Positions 30,719 through 42,200 of a DNA stretch of 64,000 nucleotides are shown piece by piece. This stretch comes from Basidiobolus meristosporus CBS 931.73 (taxonomy: Eukaryota > Fungi > Basidiobolomycota): positions 1 to 64,000 of the forward strand of contig MCFE01000021.1 in assembly GCA_002104905.1 (NCBI GenBank), read 5' to 3'. A program made the translations under genes and the position numbers. The first letter of the stretch is position 1, and each line of letters opens with the position of its first letter. The notes under the pieces were generated by a model. It was not told the DNA's origin. It worked only from the letters and a program-made list of their open reading frames with translations, and did not search any database.

Positions 30719-31845
30719 ATGAGCATATATGTGCTAGATCAATTCTACCTCTCCATAACATTGCTAGTCACAGTCGGCTACCAACTAGCGTTCTTTCTTG
30801 TGGCCTACACATTCAAATTTGACAAGGTCACTGATTTCGCTGGTGGAACGAATTTCGTAACACTTGCTTTACTAACTTTCTTCTTGTCCCAAGTAAGTGT
30901 ACCACCTTAAGCATCACGCTGAATTGTTTTCACTCATATCCATCCAGGTCTACCACACTCGACAAATCATTGCACTTTTATTGGTATCTGTATGGGGTTG
31001 CCGGTTGGCTGGTATAGGCACTTTTCTTTCAAATGCCGTGCTAATTTACTAATAGCTAATCTCACTAGGAAATCAACTGTACCGTATCATTAAAACCAAT
31101 TCCGACCGACGATTTGATGGAATACGGGAGAATTTCTTCTCATTTCTAGGCTTTTGGGTTGCTCAAATGATATGGGTCTGGACGGTGTCATTACCTGTCA
31201 CTTTCTTGAATTCCTACAGACTCTCCGAATATGACCCGGCGTTTGGCAGCGCTACAGATATCATAGGAATAGTGCTATGGGCAATTGGGTTTGCGATTGA
31301 ACTAGGTTTGTCCTTCAAGAGCAAAGTTGCATACACTCATTTGATTAACCTGAGCTCCTGAAGTCGCTGATCTCCAAAAGAATTACCACTATTCCCACAG
31401 ATCAAGTCCGTTGGATTTTGCTCGCCGAGGTGTTTGGTCGGTTTCGCGTCACCCAAATTATTTTGGGGAAATTCTATTATGGTGGGGGATCTTCCTACTT
31501 TGTCTTCAGCCCACTCTATCAAGTGGCATCTCAGCCGGATGGGCTTCCATTGCTGGCCCGTTGTTTACCATGGCGATTCTTCTTTTTCTCTCTGGGCTCC
31601 CTTACGTTGAGAAGCCTACACAAAAGAAATTCTACGAGAGTGCCGAATTCTCTTCTTACCAGGACTATTTGAATTCAACCAGTATCTTAATCCCGATGCC
31701 ACCAAGTATATTCGCAAGATTACCATTCTGGGTTAAGCAAGTGTTTTTCTTCGAATGGCCCCTGTATCATTATTCCCCTGCCTGGGAGGCCAATGTTTCT
31801 AGCCAGAGAATATACTCTACCGAGGATTTAGAAGCGCCGAACTAG
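30719..31845 (+). CDS. DUF1295 family membrane protein (steroid 5-alpha-reductase-like); multi-exon
   Basis: FKFDKVTDFAGGTNF, DRRFDGIREN, WVWTVSLPV, GVWSVSRHPNYFGEILLWWG and LFLSGLPYVE. Confidence 0.88.
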
Positions 31846-32642
31846 CTCCCTATAATCATAAACTCCAATATTGTCAAATGTAGACAACAGACATTTACAC
31901 CTTCAAACCAAGGGAGGGTTTGAGCCAATGTTTACTTCCCATTCTATCAAGTGATACCACCAACCCTCAGTCTGGTTCAATGTTATGGTCACTAAATTGA
32001 GCCAAGTATGAACAGAAGTTGATAGTTGCCCTCTTTTACGATGTAAATTATCAATATTTACCAGTGTTTCTCGATTCACACAAGAGGTGGCAGATCCGAG
32101 AAAACTGGCATAAATGGAAGGAGTCAGGCGCCTCCCCCTACAAAAGCTTCCGATTTTGCACGGTATTGTGTCAACTCTCCATAGGTACTCATTTGCTGAA
32201 ATGAGGTTGCTATACAATGGTTATATTGGCACTAGGCGCGAAGACTCGATTATTCCATGAAACATACAGCAATGATTTAGTTTAGGTAGGCCCATTCTAC
32301 ATCCTAAAAAGCGAGCAGTAGAGAATGTTGTACTACCTAAAAATAGTCCTCTTTTAAGCCACCTTTGTGATGGTATCTCTGCTTAATAAGGAAAAGAGTG
32401 GTTTAAACCTATAGGAGGCAGAGTCCTACTGAGACACATATCAACTAGTGGGGTTTTACGTCCAAGTCCTCGTTCGTTCGAGCTTTCATATTCTGACTTT
32501 AGTTCCCTCTTCTCTTCGAAGACCTCCCAAGACGAGAAATTAGGTCACTTCAGATACGTCGACCTCTGAAGTAGTGCATGGTTCAATAGCTCACCTAGGA
32601 TAACTTTTCCATTCCCTCCTTCCACCTGCGCTTGCAACTCCT

Positions 32643-32923
32643 ATGAGTGAAACCAAACTGAAAAAAATCCTTGAGCACAATGCTCGACTTCGAGAGCAGC
32701 TGAGTATACCGCGTGCAGCTGTTAGCGAGGCGGCTATGTCGTAAGTGCACCCAACATCAAATAGCCTTTCCCTCGATATTGACCCCATTCCTTACGTAGC
32801 TTGGTAAAATTTTCTAAATGCACGCGGGACCCATTGCTTCCTTCCGTATGGGGTCCAGTAGAGAAAAGGGAAGACCCTTATGCACCAAACACAAGCAGCA
32901 ACTGTGCATGCTCAGTTATGTAG
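32643..32923 (+). CDS. Heterotrimeric G-protein gamma subunit; one intron; absent from the ORF track
   Basis: Spliced MSETKLKKILEHNARLREQLSIPRAAVSEAAMS|LVKFSKCTRDPLLPSVWGPVEKREDPYAPNTSSNCACSVM*. Shows the GGL fold pattern and a C-terminal CAAX (CSVM) preceded by another Cys. Confidence 0.93.
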
Positions 32924-33463
32924 CCCATATTCACTTTTGGAACCCACCCTAGGTTGGCGCTGCTTTGGCAATTCTATCTCACCCCTTTGTAAAAGTTTTC
33001 TTCACACCACTTCCTTGGGGTTGTCTGTGGCCACTCGCTCACTCAATAACTTCTTACGTTGAATTTTCCTAGTTGTTTGCTTGCACAGAATACACGCTTG
33101 CCGTTTGTACTATCTGTTTTTTTCCTGTGAAGTAGGTGTGGTAGTGCTTGATACGAAGTATGGTTTGTCGAGCTTCCTTGTATTAGTCACACCCGTGTCC
33201 TCGTAAACACTTCTAAAAGCACTCTGGTAAGTGTAGTGTCAAACAACTCCACCCTCCCTACTTCCATAATAAGAATACGAACGTTCACAATATTATCTGG
33301 TATCATCTGGTGAGCGGAACGGCATTTACACTACATTTTGGTCTGCCTTTGAAGTGTGTATCGTATAGCTGTGTAAATGAGCAACATCATACACTCCATA
33401 TAGAGCTCAATGTTCTTACCATTCATTCTGTTTGGGGCAAGATTAGGTCATCAGTAGTGGATT

Positions 33464-34267
33464 TCATTGATATGCAGTTGGCATCAGCAGCAAAAGGTAG
33501 CTAAAGCACTCAGAGAATGATTCACATGTTGTACTCTTGTTGTGTGATTCTTTGAAAGAGAACAACCGCATCAGCTCCTGAACATTATACACTAATAAGT
33601 ATTCATCCATGTGAATGATCCACTGGAAACTGTTGTGGAATTTCTGTGGGCTATGAAGAATGTTAGGAAAATAGCCATGTTGCACTATCCATATTGTAAC
33701 TGACAATGGATAACTTTCAGCATGTATTTCAAATTCCTGGCTCACCCATAGCAATTTATCAGATGAATAGCTTAGTAGAAACTTCGTTTTGCTTCTGAAT
33801 TCTGAATGTCCATGAAAAATCCACAACTAAGGATCAAACCCTTCGAAGTTGGGAATTGGTTTTGGGAAGGCTGATGTATAGCACAGGATCCTTAGAGTAC
33901 GTTTTGTACACTGCATGTGGTCATTAGTCAGCGTACGATTAGTATCGACGATAGCGCCATATATAGTCATGAAGATCACCAGCACTAGGCAACTTTCAGA
34001 ATTTTGATTTCCCATGATGGGTGTTGATAAAGTAGTCAGTAGTAATACATGCAACTCCAAGCGTGAACAACTATCCACACGTAATTCAAGAATATAGTTG
34101 GTACTACCAATGGTAGTGTTGACGAATAAGTCTCTGATGAGGGAGAGGCGCTGGACGGCTTGAAGCTGAACATGGTTATTTGATAATAATCTCTTGAGGT
34201 GGTTATTATTAGTAACTCCACAGTCGGTCACCATGAACCAATAGTATACCGCTATTTCAGTAGTCAT
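33464..34267 (-). pseudogene. Probable glycosyltransferase family 92/DUF23-like pseudogene
   Basis: ORFs 33827..34267 and 33464..33826 are in the same frame, separated by a single TAG. The joined text FDP*LWIFH...SSDKLL...VTIW...WIIHMDEYLL has the spacing of the GT92 pattern EWIxFH...DN.STD...W...W(L/I)xxxDxDEFL. Confidence 0.35.
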
Positions 34268-34888
34268 CTCTAAATATAGATCGATTTGTCGCTGGCATGG
34301 TGCATACTAAGACCTGCCGTGCTTCAGAGTCCGGCAAGTAGTATCCAAGGCTAGCTTAGAGTTTCATATTCTAGTAGATCCAATCTCCCGAGCCTGAGAG
34401 AATACTGTTTCATATAACCTAAAGTCAGGTGTTTTGATTGTTATGGTATAGACCAAGGTCCGTATGAAGCAGATGGTGTAACCGGGTAAGGTTTAGACTG
34501 CAGGTTGCACAGTGGAATGCCTTGATTGATTTCAATGGTGTACCGAAAAGAGTATAATTACTACCAAAAAGGAATGGATGGTGGCCATCTCAAATATAAT
34601 TGAAGTCAAATTCGCATCGCTTCTACAACCAGTTGTTGCATTTTTGATCATTGTGGCGCCTGCAAGCAAACCATGGAATTCCGTGCTTATAGGGCAATTA
34701 TCATCTGAGCTCCATCTTGACGTCACCCAGAGGCTGGTCATGATTCTTCTAAATGGCTTGGTGCTCTAACCGACACTCCATTCAATGCTTGGGCCTGATT
34801 GGTGATTTGGATCACGAAGAGAAATATAAAAGACGCCACTGGTAAATGGTAATCAAGCATTCTCCTAATACCACAACAGGTTGCTACC

Positions 34889-35530
34889 ATGAATTCAACT
34901 CGCAAGAAACAATCAGTCTTTTCCATCTCATATGATCCCATGTACCAATTCTCGGACTTGAATTCTCCAAGAAAATCGAGCAACCCATGTGAGGGTGGCT
35001 CAAGTACCGGACACAACGCTCATTTCCACTATCGGGCTAAAAAAAGTGGGAACCAGCAATTCCGATGGAAGTCCAAGGGTCATGGTAATTCCAAAAAGAT
35101 GAGTCATGTTACGCTGGAACCCAACAATCATCCCTCACACCACAGCCATGAGAAGCACAAGCACACAGATCCTATGAAGGTACCCACACGCACCAATTCT
35201 TCAGTACGGCATTCCCGCCAGTCGTTATTCAATAGAAAATCCCGTCGAACCAAAAAAGCCCAACCAGAATATAGTCAACTGAAAATCGACCTGGAGATTC
35301 TGAAGAGGCATGAGGCCGCCAAAGTTATCCAACGAGCCTGGAGAAAGTACCGGAAAATCAAGTATCACGAAGAAGGCAAATGTCTCCGCCACGGAGATAC
35401 CAAAGCGCGCAGGGCCAATCGATTGATGCGGCGATTCAAACATTCTAAACTCTACAAGATTGCCAAGGAGCCTTGGATTCAGAATAACCACCACAAAGTG
35501 TACATGAAGACCCATCAGTGCACATGTTAG
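34889..35530 (+). CDS. Uncharacterised basic (K/R/H-rich) IQ-motif protein, paralogue 1, intronless
   Basis: 213 aa ORF with IQ motif AAKVIQRAWRKYRK. Shares YxPMYxF..SPR and FKHSKL with the 36269 ORF. Confidence 0.7.
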   Translation: MNSTRKKQSVFSISYDPMYQFSDLNSPRKSSNPCEGGSSTGHNAHFHYRAKKSGNQQFRWKSKGHGNSKKMSHVTLEPNNHPSHHSHEKHKHTDPMKVPTRTNSSVRHSRQSLFNRKSRRTKKAQPEYSQLKIDLEILKRHEAAKVIQRAWRKYRKIKYHEEGKCLRHGDTKARRANRLMRRFKHSKLYKIAKEPWIQNNHHKVYMKTHQCTC

Positions 35531-36268
35531 CATCGCTTGGATTCCAGCATCATTGTAGATAACCTCATCCTTCCACCACCTAGCAATCGATATTGTACTA
35601 CCGTCTCTATATTATACAGCCCTTATCTAATAATGCTGCATTTCTTCCGCCCATTAGAATCTAGCCCAGAAATTATCATGATTGCGTAAATCACCGTACA
35701 TATGAATAAATGCCTGTTTTGTTATGATCAAGGAATAGCCATTGGCTCTACCTGCTAACAATGTTTGCTCACGAAGACAAGCTTATATACCTGTACCACA
35801 ATGTCTATAGTTGACAGTAGCATCTCAATGCCATGGTAGGTATATTTGTAAAGAGTACAGCATTGTGCTATTGATTTGCCAAGGGTGGGGATGCTCAATA
35901 AAGGTGCTTAAAACCAATGGGTTTCAAGCTGGTTTCACCATCTCTCTATTGTGGGAGAACAAAGAGCGCATACATATTAAAAGTGAGTGGATTTTTTTTC
36001 GCATCGAATATATTGAGATCTGAATTGTGTTGAAAATCATTCAATTGCTGTGACTTGCTTTTTCCTAGCTAAAAATCCACCTGCTTTCATAGACGACCCC
36101 CAAGTTGGCAAACAAGCATAACTCTACCAACTTGGCCACGTAATTCCCTTAATCCTAACCTTTTCGGCTTTAACCCTAACGCCTCACATATAAACTATAA
36201 CCTTATTACTTTTGGTAATCCTCGAACATACGCCCACTATGCACCCTTCTCTAAGGACCCGGCGAATG

Positions 36269-36886
36269 ATGAATGCTGCGATGAACACAAAAATATCTTA
36301 TGGCTTTCAGTATCAGCCGATGTACAAGTTCGATAGCTTCAAGGGACTTGGTAGTCCACGTATCACCACCGCGAATATGTGGGAGCAGATAGTCACACCC
36401 GTGAATTATATTCCATCAAATGCCAACTACAAGACGAAGCAGCACAGTGTATCAAAACGGTCCAAAAAGATATACAAGCAAGAAATATCCGGACGACGTA
36501 CAGTCACTAGAACCTATTTTAAGTCCCTCCAGGGAAAAGGTCTTGCCTCGGGAACTCGTAATTTGCATCTCAACGGCACCAAGAAGCGCTTGGTTACTCC
36601 ACACCATCTTAAAGTTGTCTTGAACGCCAAGGGAAGTCGAAATTTGTTGCTTGAATACAGTAAGGTTTTGATGGCCACCGTCACTATTCAGCGTTGGTAT
36701 CGCGAACACAGCAAGAAGCCTCGAGTGGCGGTGACTACTTCATCAAAGTCTCAGTCGAATCCAAGATCGAGATGGTCTTTCAAACATTCAAAGCTTGGAG
36801 GGAAAATACGGGCATTCTTGATAAGGCTGAAATTCAAGAGATGGCGCCGTAAACTCACTCGAGTCCCAAAGCAAGTCCACTCCTGA
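36269..36886 (+). CDS. Uncharacterised basic IQ-like-motif protein, paralogue 2, intronless
   Basis: Within ORF 36212..36886. Has IQ-like ATVTIQRWYREHS, YQPMYKF..GSPR and FKHSKL. ATG 36269 gives the same N-terminal spacing as paralogue 1. Confidence 0.68.
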   Translation: MNAAMNTKISYGFQYQPMYKFDSFKGLGSPRITTANMWEQIVTPVNYIPSNANYKTKQHSVSKRSKKIYKQEISGRRTVTRTYFKSLQGKGLASGTRNLHLNGTKKRLVTPHHLKVVLNAKGSRNLLLEYSKVLMATVTIQRWYREHSKKPRVAVTTSSKSQSNPRSRWSFKHSKLGGKIRAFLIRLKFKRWRRKLTRVPKQVHS

Positions 36887-37505
36887 GAGAGAGGATGCCT
36901 GACACAATTTTGGAAGCGAACGTTTCGTAATAAGCACCTACTCTGGAATATACACTACACACCTCTAAGCAACCTCTTTCTTCAAGAGGTATATTGTACA
37001 AACTCTTCTAAATAAAACAAATGAAATTCAAGCTTGTTTGATTAATGTTTCCCTTGAAAATAAAACGGTGTTCGTTGGAGTGCTTGGCAAACCTGTTTGA
37101 AGTTGGATTTCATTTGTGTAGGTTGCAATCCTCCGTGGAACGGCCAGGAATTCGTACTACCCTAGGCTTATGGGTGAAACATTAACAAACCTTGATATAG
37201 AAATATCAACAATACCATTGAACTTTAATCGTTTCTTCACAAGAGCAATTCACCTAATGAGTCTATCAAATAGGTATCACTAAATTTAATGGTTTGCGCA
37301 AAAGGGGATGGGTGATTAAGTTTATTCCGAGGAATCAGGTGAGATTAAATGGATTTAGTAATAGGGATATTGGTATTAAAGTTTAGCGGTGTGTGATGAC
37401 GGCTTATCATGAGCCAATTAATGTTCAGAAGAAATTACAGGCAAAGGTATAGAAATTTACATGTCGAAGGAGCTACAGAGAAACTCGATGTATGGATTAA
37501 ATTAG

Positions 37506-38484
37506 TTAGCATTTGACCTGGATCAGTGTACGCTCTGGAAATATCATGGCTGATAGCTTCTTTCCCTTTACACAACCACTATCCAATCCGACCGAGTATT
37601 CTCGGATATTCAGCCCTTTGCTGGCCTCATGCCCATATACAACGGTCTTGGGGTGCGCATGTGCTGATTGCTCAATGTTCCACAAATGCCACCACGGCTT
37701 ACCTACACCCTTTTTCTTAGTGGGCTTGTGGTCCACAATGCTGTGCATGTTCATCACATCCTTGGATTTTTGTTGATCGATGCTCAAATATGGATTCAAG
37801 CCAGCGTGTACGACATACATTGAGAGTTGAGGAACGGACAATATAACTGAGCAGGACTCTAGATATTGAAAGAGATCGTCTGATAGAGCACTGGGTGAAG
37901 AGATTAGATGGGATTGACTCAATAGATGCCAAAGCTTTCACATACCTTGCTATACGATGATGCTCAGTCTTCATGTGTAAACCATGCGGCAGCTTTCTCT
38001 TCTTGATCTTGTGCTCACCATATCGGACCAACAGTTCTTTCCAACGAATGACTGTATGGTCATGGTTTCCACGAATGCACAAGGCCCCGACCTCTTTTGC
38101 TCTTCTCAATACTCCCAAGGAGTCCGGTCCTTTTGTAACCATATCTCCGGCCAATATAAGTGTATCGTCCTGTTTCAAATCCAATTTCTCGAGCAGTCTA
38201 TCAAAAGGCTCCAAACTTCCGTGAACATCACCCACTACAACTACCCGGGAATGGTTGGATAAGACTCTTGGCGTCACTGTGAAGAATTCGCTCACGGGTA
38301 AAGGTATGTTGACGATCCAAAGGGAAACAAACAGCACCCCAAATGCTAGGAGAGCGACCACCCAAACACATATTTTGGTACATGCAGACCTTCTAGTGGT
38401 TTCCTCCTCCTTCTCAGGCGCCTGTTGCTCTAGGTTAACATATTTGGAGTTTTGGGAACTTAGCAAGTAAGTTTTTTCATCCAT
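37506..38484 (-). CDS. Type II membrane calcineurin-like metallophosphoesterase, Ppn2-like; one intron
   Basis: N-terminal TM (ICVWVVALLAFGVLFVSLWIV) and motifs GDVHG, GDMVTKGPDS, RGNHD, VHAG, YGHEA and GLDSGCV. Confidence 0.85.
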
Positions 38485-39221
38485 AATTGTACTAGAGCCA
38501 CTATATAGTTGTGGGGCTGGTGTCAATGCTGAATTAATATTGGGTTACAAGGGTTGGGTTTTCAGGTGTTAAAACGAGGTGTTAGGCAAGAGATAGGCTT
38601 TAGTCCCAAAGAGAAAATGTGCCCTGATGTTTGGCTCGATTTATATATGATTCAGAATTCCATTCTCCTGTCAATGTGTATATCTATAGGATGTAGAGAG
38701 CCACGCGCTTCCATCGATTGCAGGACACTATTGGACAAAAGATCTGAATGTAAAAAATCGGAATCATCGTTTTAGATAATGAATGCGATCTAAATCAACT
38801 TGAAGATTGACTAATTATTTGCATGTGCATCTTCAACTGATTGATGCAAGGTCATAATGAAAACTAGAGCAAGTTGATATGATCCTGATAACAAACTGCT
38901 TTGGCCAATCACCGCTCATCAAAATGGAGTTTAGCTGATGCTTGTGATCTTCGCTTGACTTCGAATCTTCCGTTTAGGGAATGCTCATTGGGTGTCCACT
39001 AGATTGACAAATTCGTTACTGACGGGCTTAAGGCGGGTATTGGTAAGAGTGAGGTCATAGATGGTGTCACAGATTCCATTCTTGACCATTGCCAGTTACA
39101 GCAAATAGGACTATTAGGGTAGAGTTGTGCGATCCTTGAAACACAGCTTTATGGTGTGCACCACGATTCTTTCAACATCAGTGGATTGATCTTTTTATTG
39201 AAATAGCTTTGAAACATGGAT

Positions 39222-42200
39222 TCAAAAGATTGGTCTTGTTGGACATACGGTTTTAATAACGCTACTGCATATAGTATACGTGACTGAATGGGTCCCGGTT
39301 GTTGATACGGATGAACCATGGCTCTCAGAGGTGCCAGATACGCTTGAGGACCCCGAGTTACTGAATGTTTCAGATGTCTCTGAAGAAGGCTCTGTGCTGC
39401 TCAGAGACTCAGAAGACGGTTCCGTTGTGTTGGATGGCTCTATTGTGGTTGTGCTACTGGTGTTGGATATCTCTGATGTAGGCTCAGTGCTGCTCGGAGA
39501 CTCAGAAGACGGTTCTGTGGTGTTGGAAGGCTCTGTTGTGGTTATGCTACTGGTGTTGGATGTCTCTGAGGTAGGCTCAGTGTTGCTCGGAGACTCAGAT
39601 GAAGGTCCTGTGGTGTTGGGTGGCTCTGTTGTGGTTGCGTTACTTGTGTTGGATGTCTCTGATGTAGGCTCAGTGCTGCTTGGAGACTCAGAAGACGGTT
39701 CCGTTGTGTTGGAAGGCTCTGTTGTGGTCGTGTTACTTGTGTTAGATGTCTCTGATGTAGGCTCAGTGCTGCTCGGAGACTCAGAAGACGGTTCTGTGGT
39801 GTTGGAAGGCTCTGTTGTGGTTGTGCTACTGGTGTTGGATGTCTCTGATGTAGGCTCAGTGCTGCTTGGAGACTCAGAAGACGGTTCCGTTGTGTTGGAA
39901 GGCTCTGTTGTGGTTGTGCTACTGGTGTTGGATATCTCTGATGTAGGCTCAGTGCTGCTTGGAGACTCAGAAGACGGTTCCGTTGTGTTGGATGGCTCTG
40001 TTGTGGCTGTGCTACTGGTGTTGGATGTCTCTGATGTAGGCCCAGTGCTGCTTGGAGACTCAGAAGACGGTTCCGTTGTGTTGGATGGCTCTGTTGTGGC
40101 TGTGCTACTGGTGTTGGATGTCTCTGATGTAGGCCCAGTGCTGCTTGGAGACTCAGAAGACGGTTCCGTTGTGTTGGATGGCTCTGTCGTGGTTGTGTTA
40201 CTTGTGTTGGATGTCTCTGATGTAGGCCCAGTGCTGCTTGGAGACTCAGAAGACGGTTCCGTTGTGTTGGAAGGCTCTGTTGTGGTTGTGCTACTGGTGT
40301 TGGATATCTCTGATGTAGGCTCAGTGCTGCTCGGAGACTCAGAAGACGGTTCTGTGGTGTTGGAAGGCTCTGTTGTGGTTGTGTTACTTGGGTTGGATGT
40401 CTCTGATGTAGGCTCAGTGCTGCTTGGAGACTCAGAAGACGGTTCTGTGGTGTTGGATGGCTCTGTTGTGGTTGTGCTACTTGTGTTGGATGTCTCTGAT
40501 GTAGGCTCAGTGCTGCTTGGAGGCTGAGAAGACGGTTCTGTGGTGTTAGATGGCTCTGTCGTGGTTGTGTTACTTGTGCTGGATGTCTCTGATGTAGGCT
40601 CAGTGCTGCTTGGAGACTCAGAAGACGGTTCTGTGGTGTTGGAAGGCTCTGTCGTGGTTGTGTTACTTGTGTTGGATGTCTCTGATGTAGGCCCAGTGCT
40701 GCTTGGAGACTCAGAAGACGGTTCCGTTGTGTTGGATGGCTCTGTTGTGGTTGTGCTACTGGTGTTGGATGTCTCTGATGTAGGCTCAGTGCTGCTTGGA
40801 GACTCAGAAGACGGTTCTGTGGTGTTGGGTGGCTCTGTTGTGGTTGCGTTACTTGTGTTGGATGTCTCTGATGTAGGCTCAGTGCTGCTTGGAGGCTGAG
40901 AAGACGGTTCTGTGGTGTTGGAAGGCTCTGTCGTGGTTGTGTTACTTGTGTTGGATGTCTCTGATGTAGGCCCAGTGCTGCTTGGAGACTCAGAAGACGG
41001 TTCCGTTGTGTTGGATGGCTCTGTTGTGGCTGTGCTACTGGTGTTGTATGTCTCTGATGTAGGCTCAGTGCTGCTTGGAGACTCAGAAGACGGTTCCGTT
41101 GTGTTGGATGGCTCTGTTGTGGTTGTGCTACTGGTGTTGGATGTCTCTGAGGTAGGCTCAGTGCTGCTTGGAGACTCAGAAGACGGTTCTGTGGTGTTGG
41201 ATGGCTCTGTTGTGGTTGTGCTACTTGTGTTGGATGTCTCTGATGTAGGCTCAGTGCTGCTTGGAGGCTGAGAAGACGGTTCTGTGGTGTTGGAAGGCTC
41301 TGTCGTGGTTGTGTTACTTGTGTTGGATGTCTCTGATGTAGGCCCAGTGCTGCTTGGAGACTCAGAAGACGGTTCCGTTGTGTTGGATGGCTCTGTTGTG
41401 GCTGTGCTACTGGTGTTGGATGTCTCTGATGTAGGCTCAGTGCTGCTTGGAGACTCAGAAGACGGTTCCGTTGTGTTGGATGTCTCTGTTGTGGTTGTGT
41501 TACTGGTGTTGGATGTCTCTGAGGTAGGCTCAGTGCTGCTAGGAGACTCAGATGAAGGTTCTGTGGTGTTGGATGGCTCTGTTGTGGTTGTGCTACTGGT
41601 GTTGGATGTCTCTGATGTAGGCTCAGCGCTGCTTGGAGTTTCAGAAGTCTCGGTTGTAGTTGTACTGCCAGTACTCGATGTCTCTGATGGTGGTTCCGGG
41701 CTAGTTGACGGCTCAGGTGTGGACTCGGTAGATGTGGTTATCGAGCTCATGGTGGTTGTAGGAGATGGTTGACATATAGCGATAGTTCCCTGTTGTTGAC
41801 ACCGTTCACCAGAAGCGCAAGGAGTATAACTCCACGTTGAAGCAAATGCACAATCTAAATGTCCTGAACTATAGCAAACTTGCCCCTGAATGCAACTTCC
41901 TCCTGGTGTCGGGTGCAAAGGATCGATCTCAGACCCATCTGTACTTACGAGCGATGATGTTCCTTTGTCTGTAGATGTACAAAATACTTTGAAAGAGGTT
42001 TCTGTGTCATAATAGCAAGTGCCTCCGTCTCCGCAAGTGCCGAATTGCCACCCCCCTTCTCCACAGCCCAGGAATCCTCCAGTCCCGTAGCAGACATAAT
42101 CATCCAGATTGCAAGGGCCTCCGGTAGTAACTAACGTTGTAATACTTGTACCCTCGGGATTATCAGTAAAAGGATAAGTTACACTACGAGTGGGTATATA

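Noticed and set aside
39380-41640. Possible CRISPR-like array
   Set aside because: Units are contiguous and in-frame with no unique spacers, there are no cas genes, and the context is eukaryotic.
39280-41772. Long hydrophobic V/L/D/S/G ORFs on the + strand (415, 119, 119 and 162 aa)
   Set aside because: They are the antisense shadow of the 93-nt coding repeat and break only at the QPP variant (TGA). The minus frame has the signal peptide and Cys domains.
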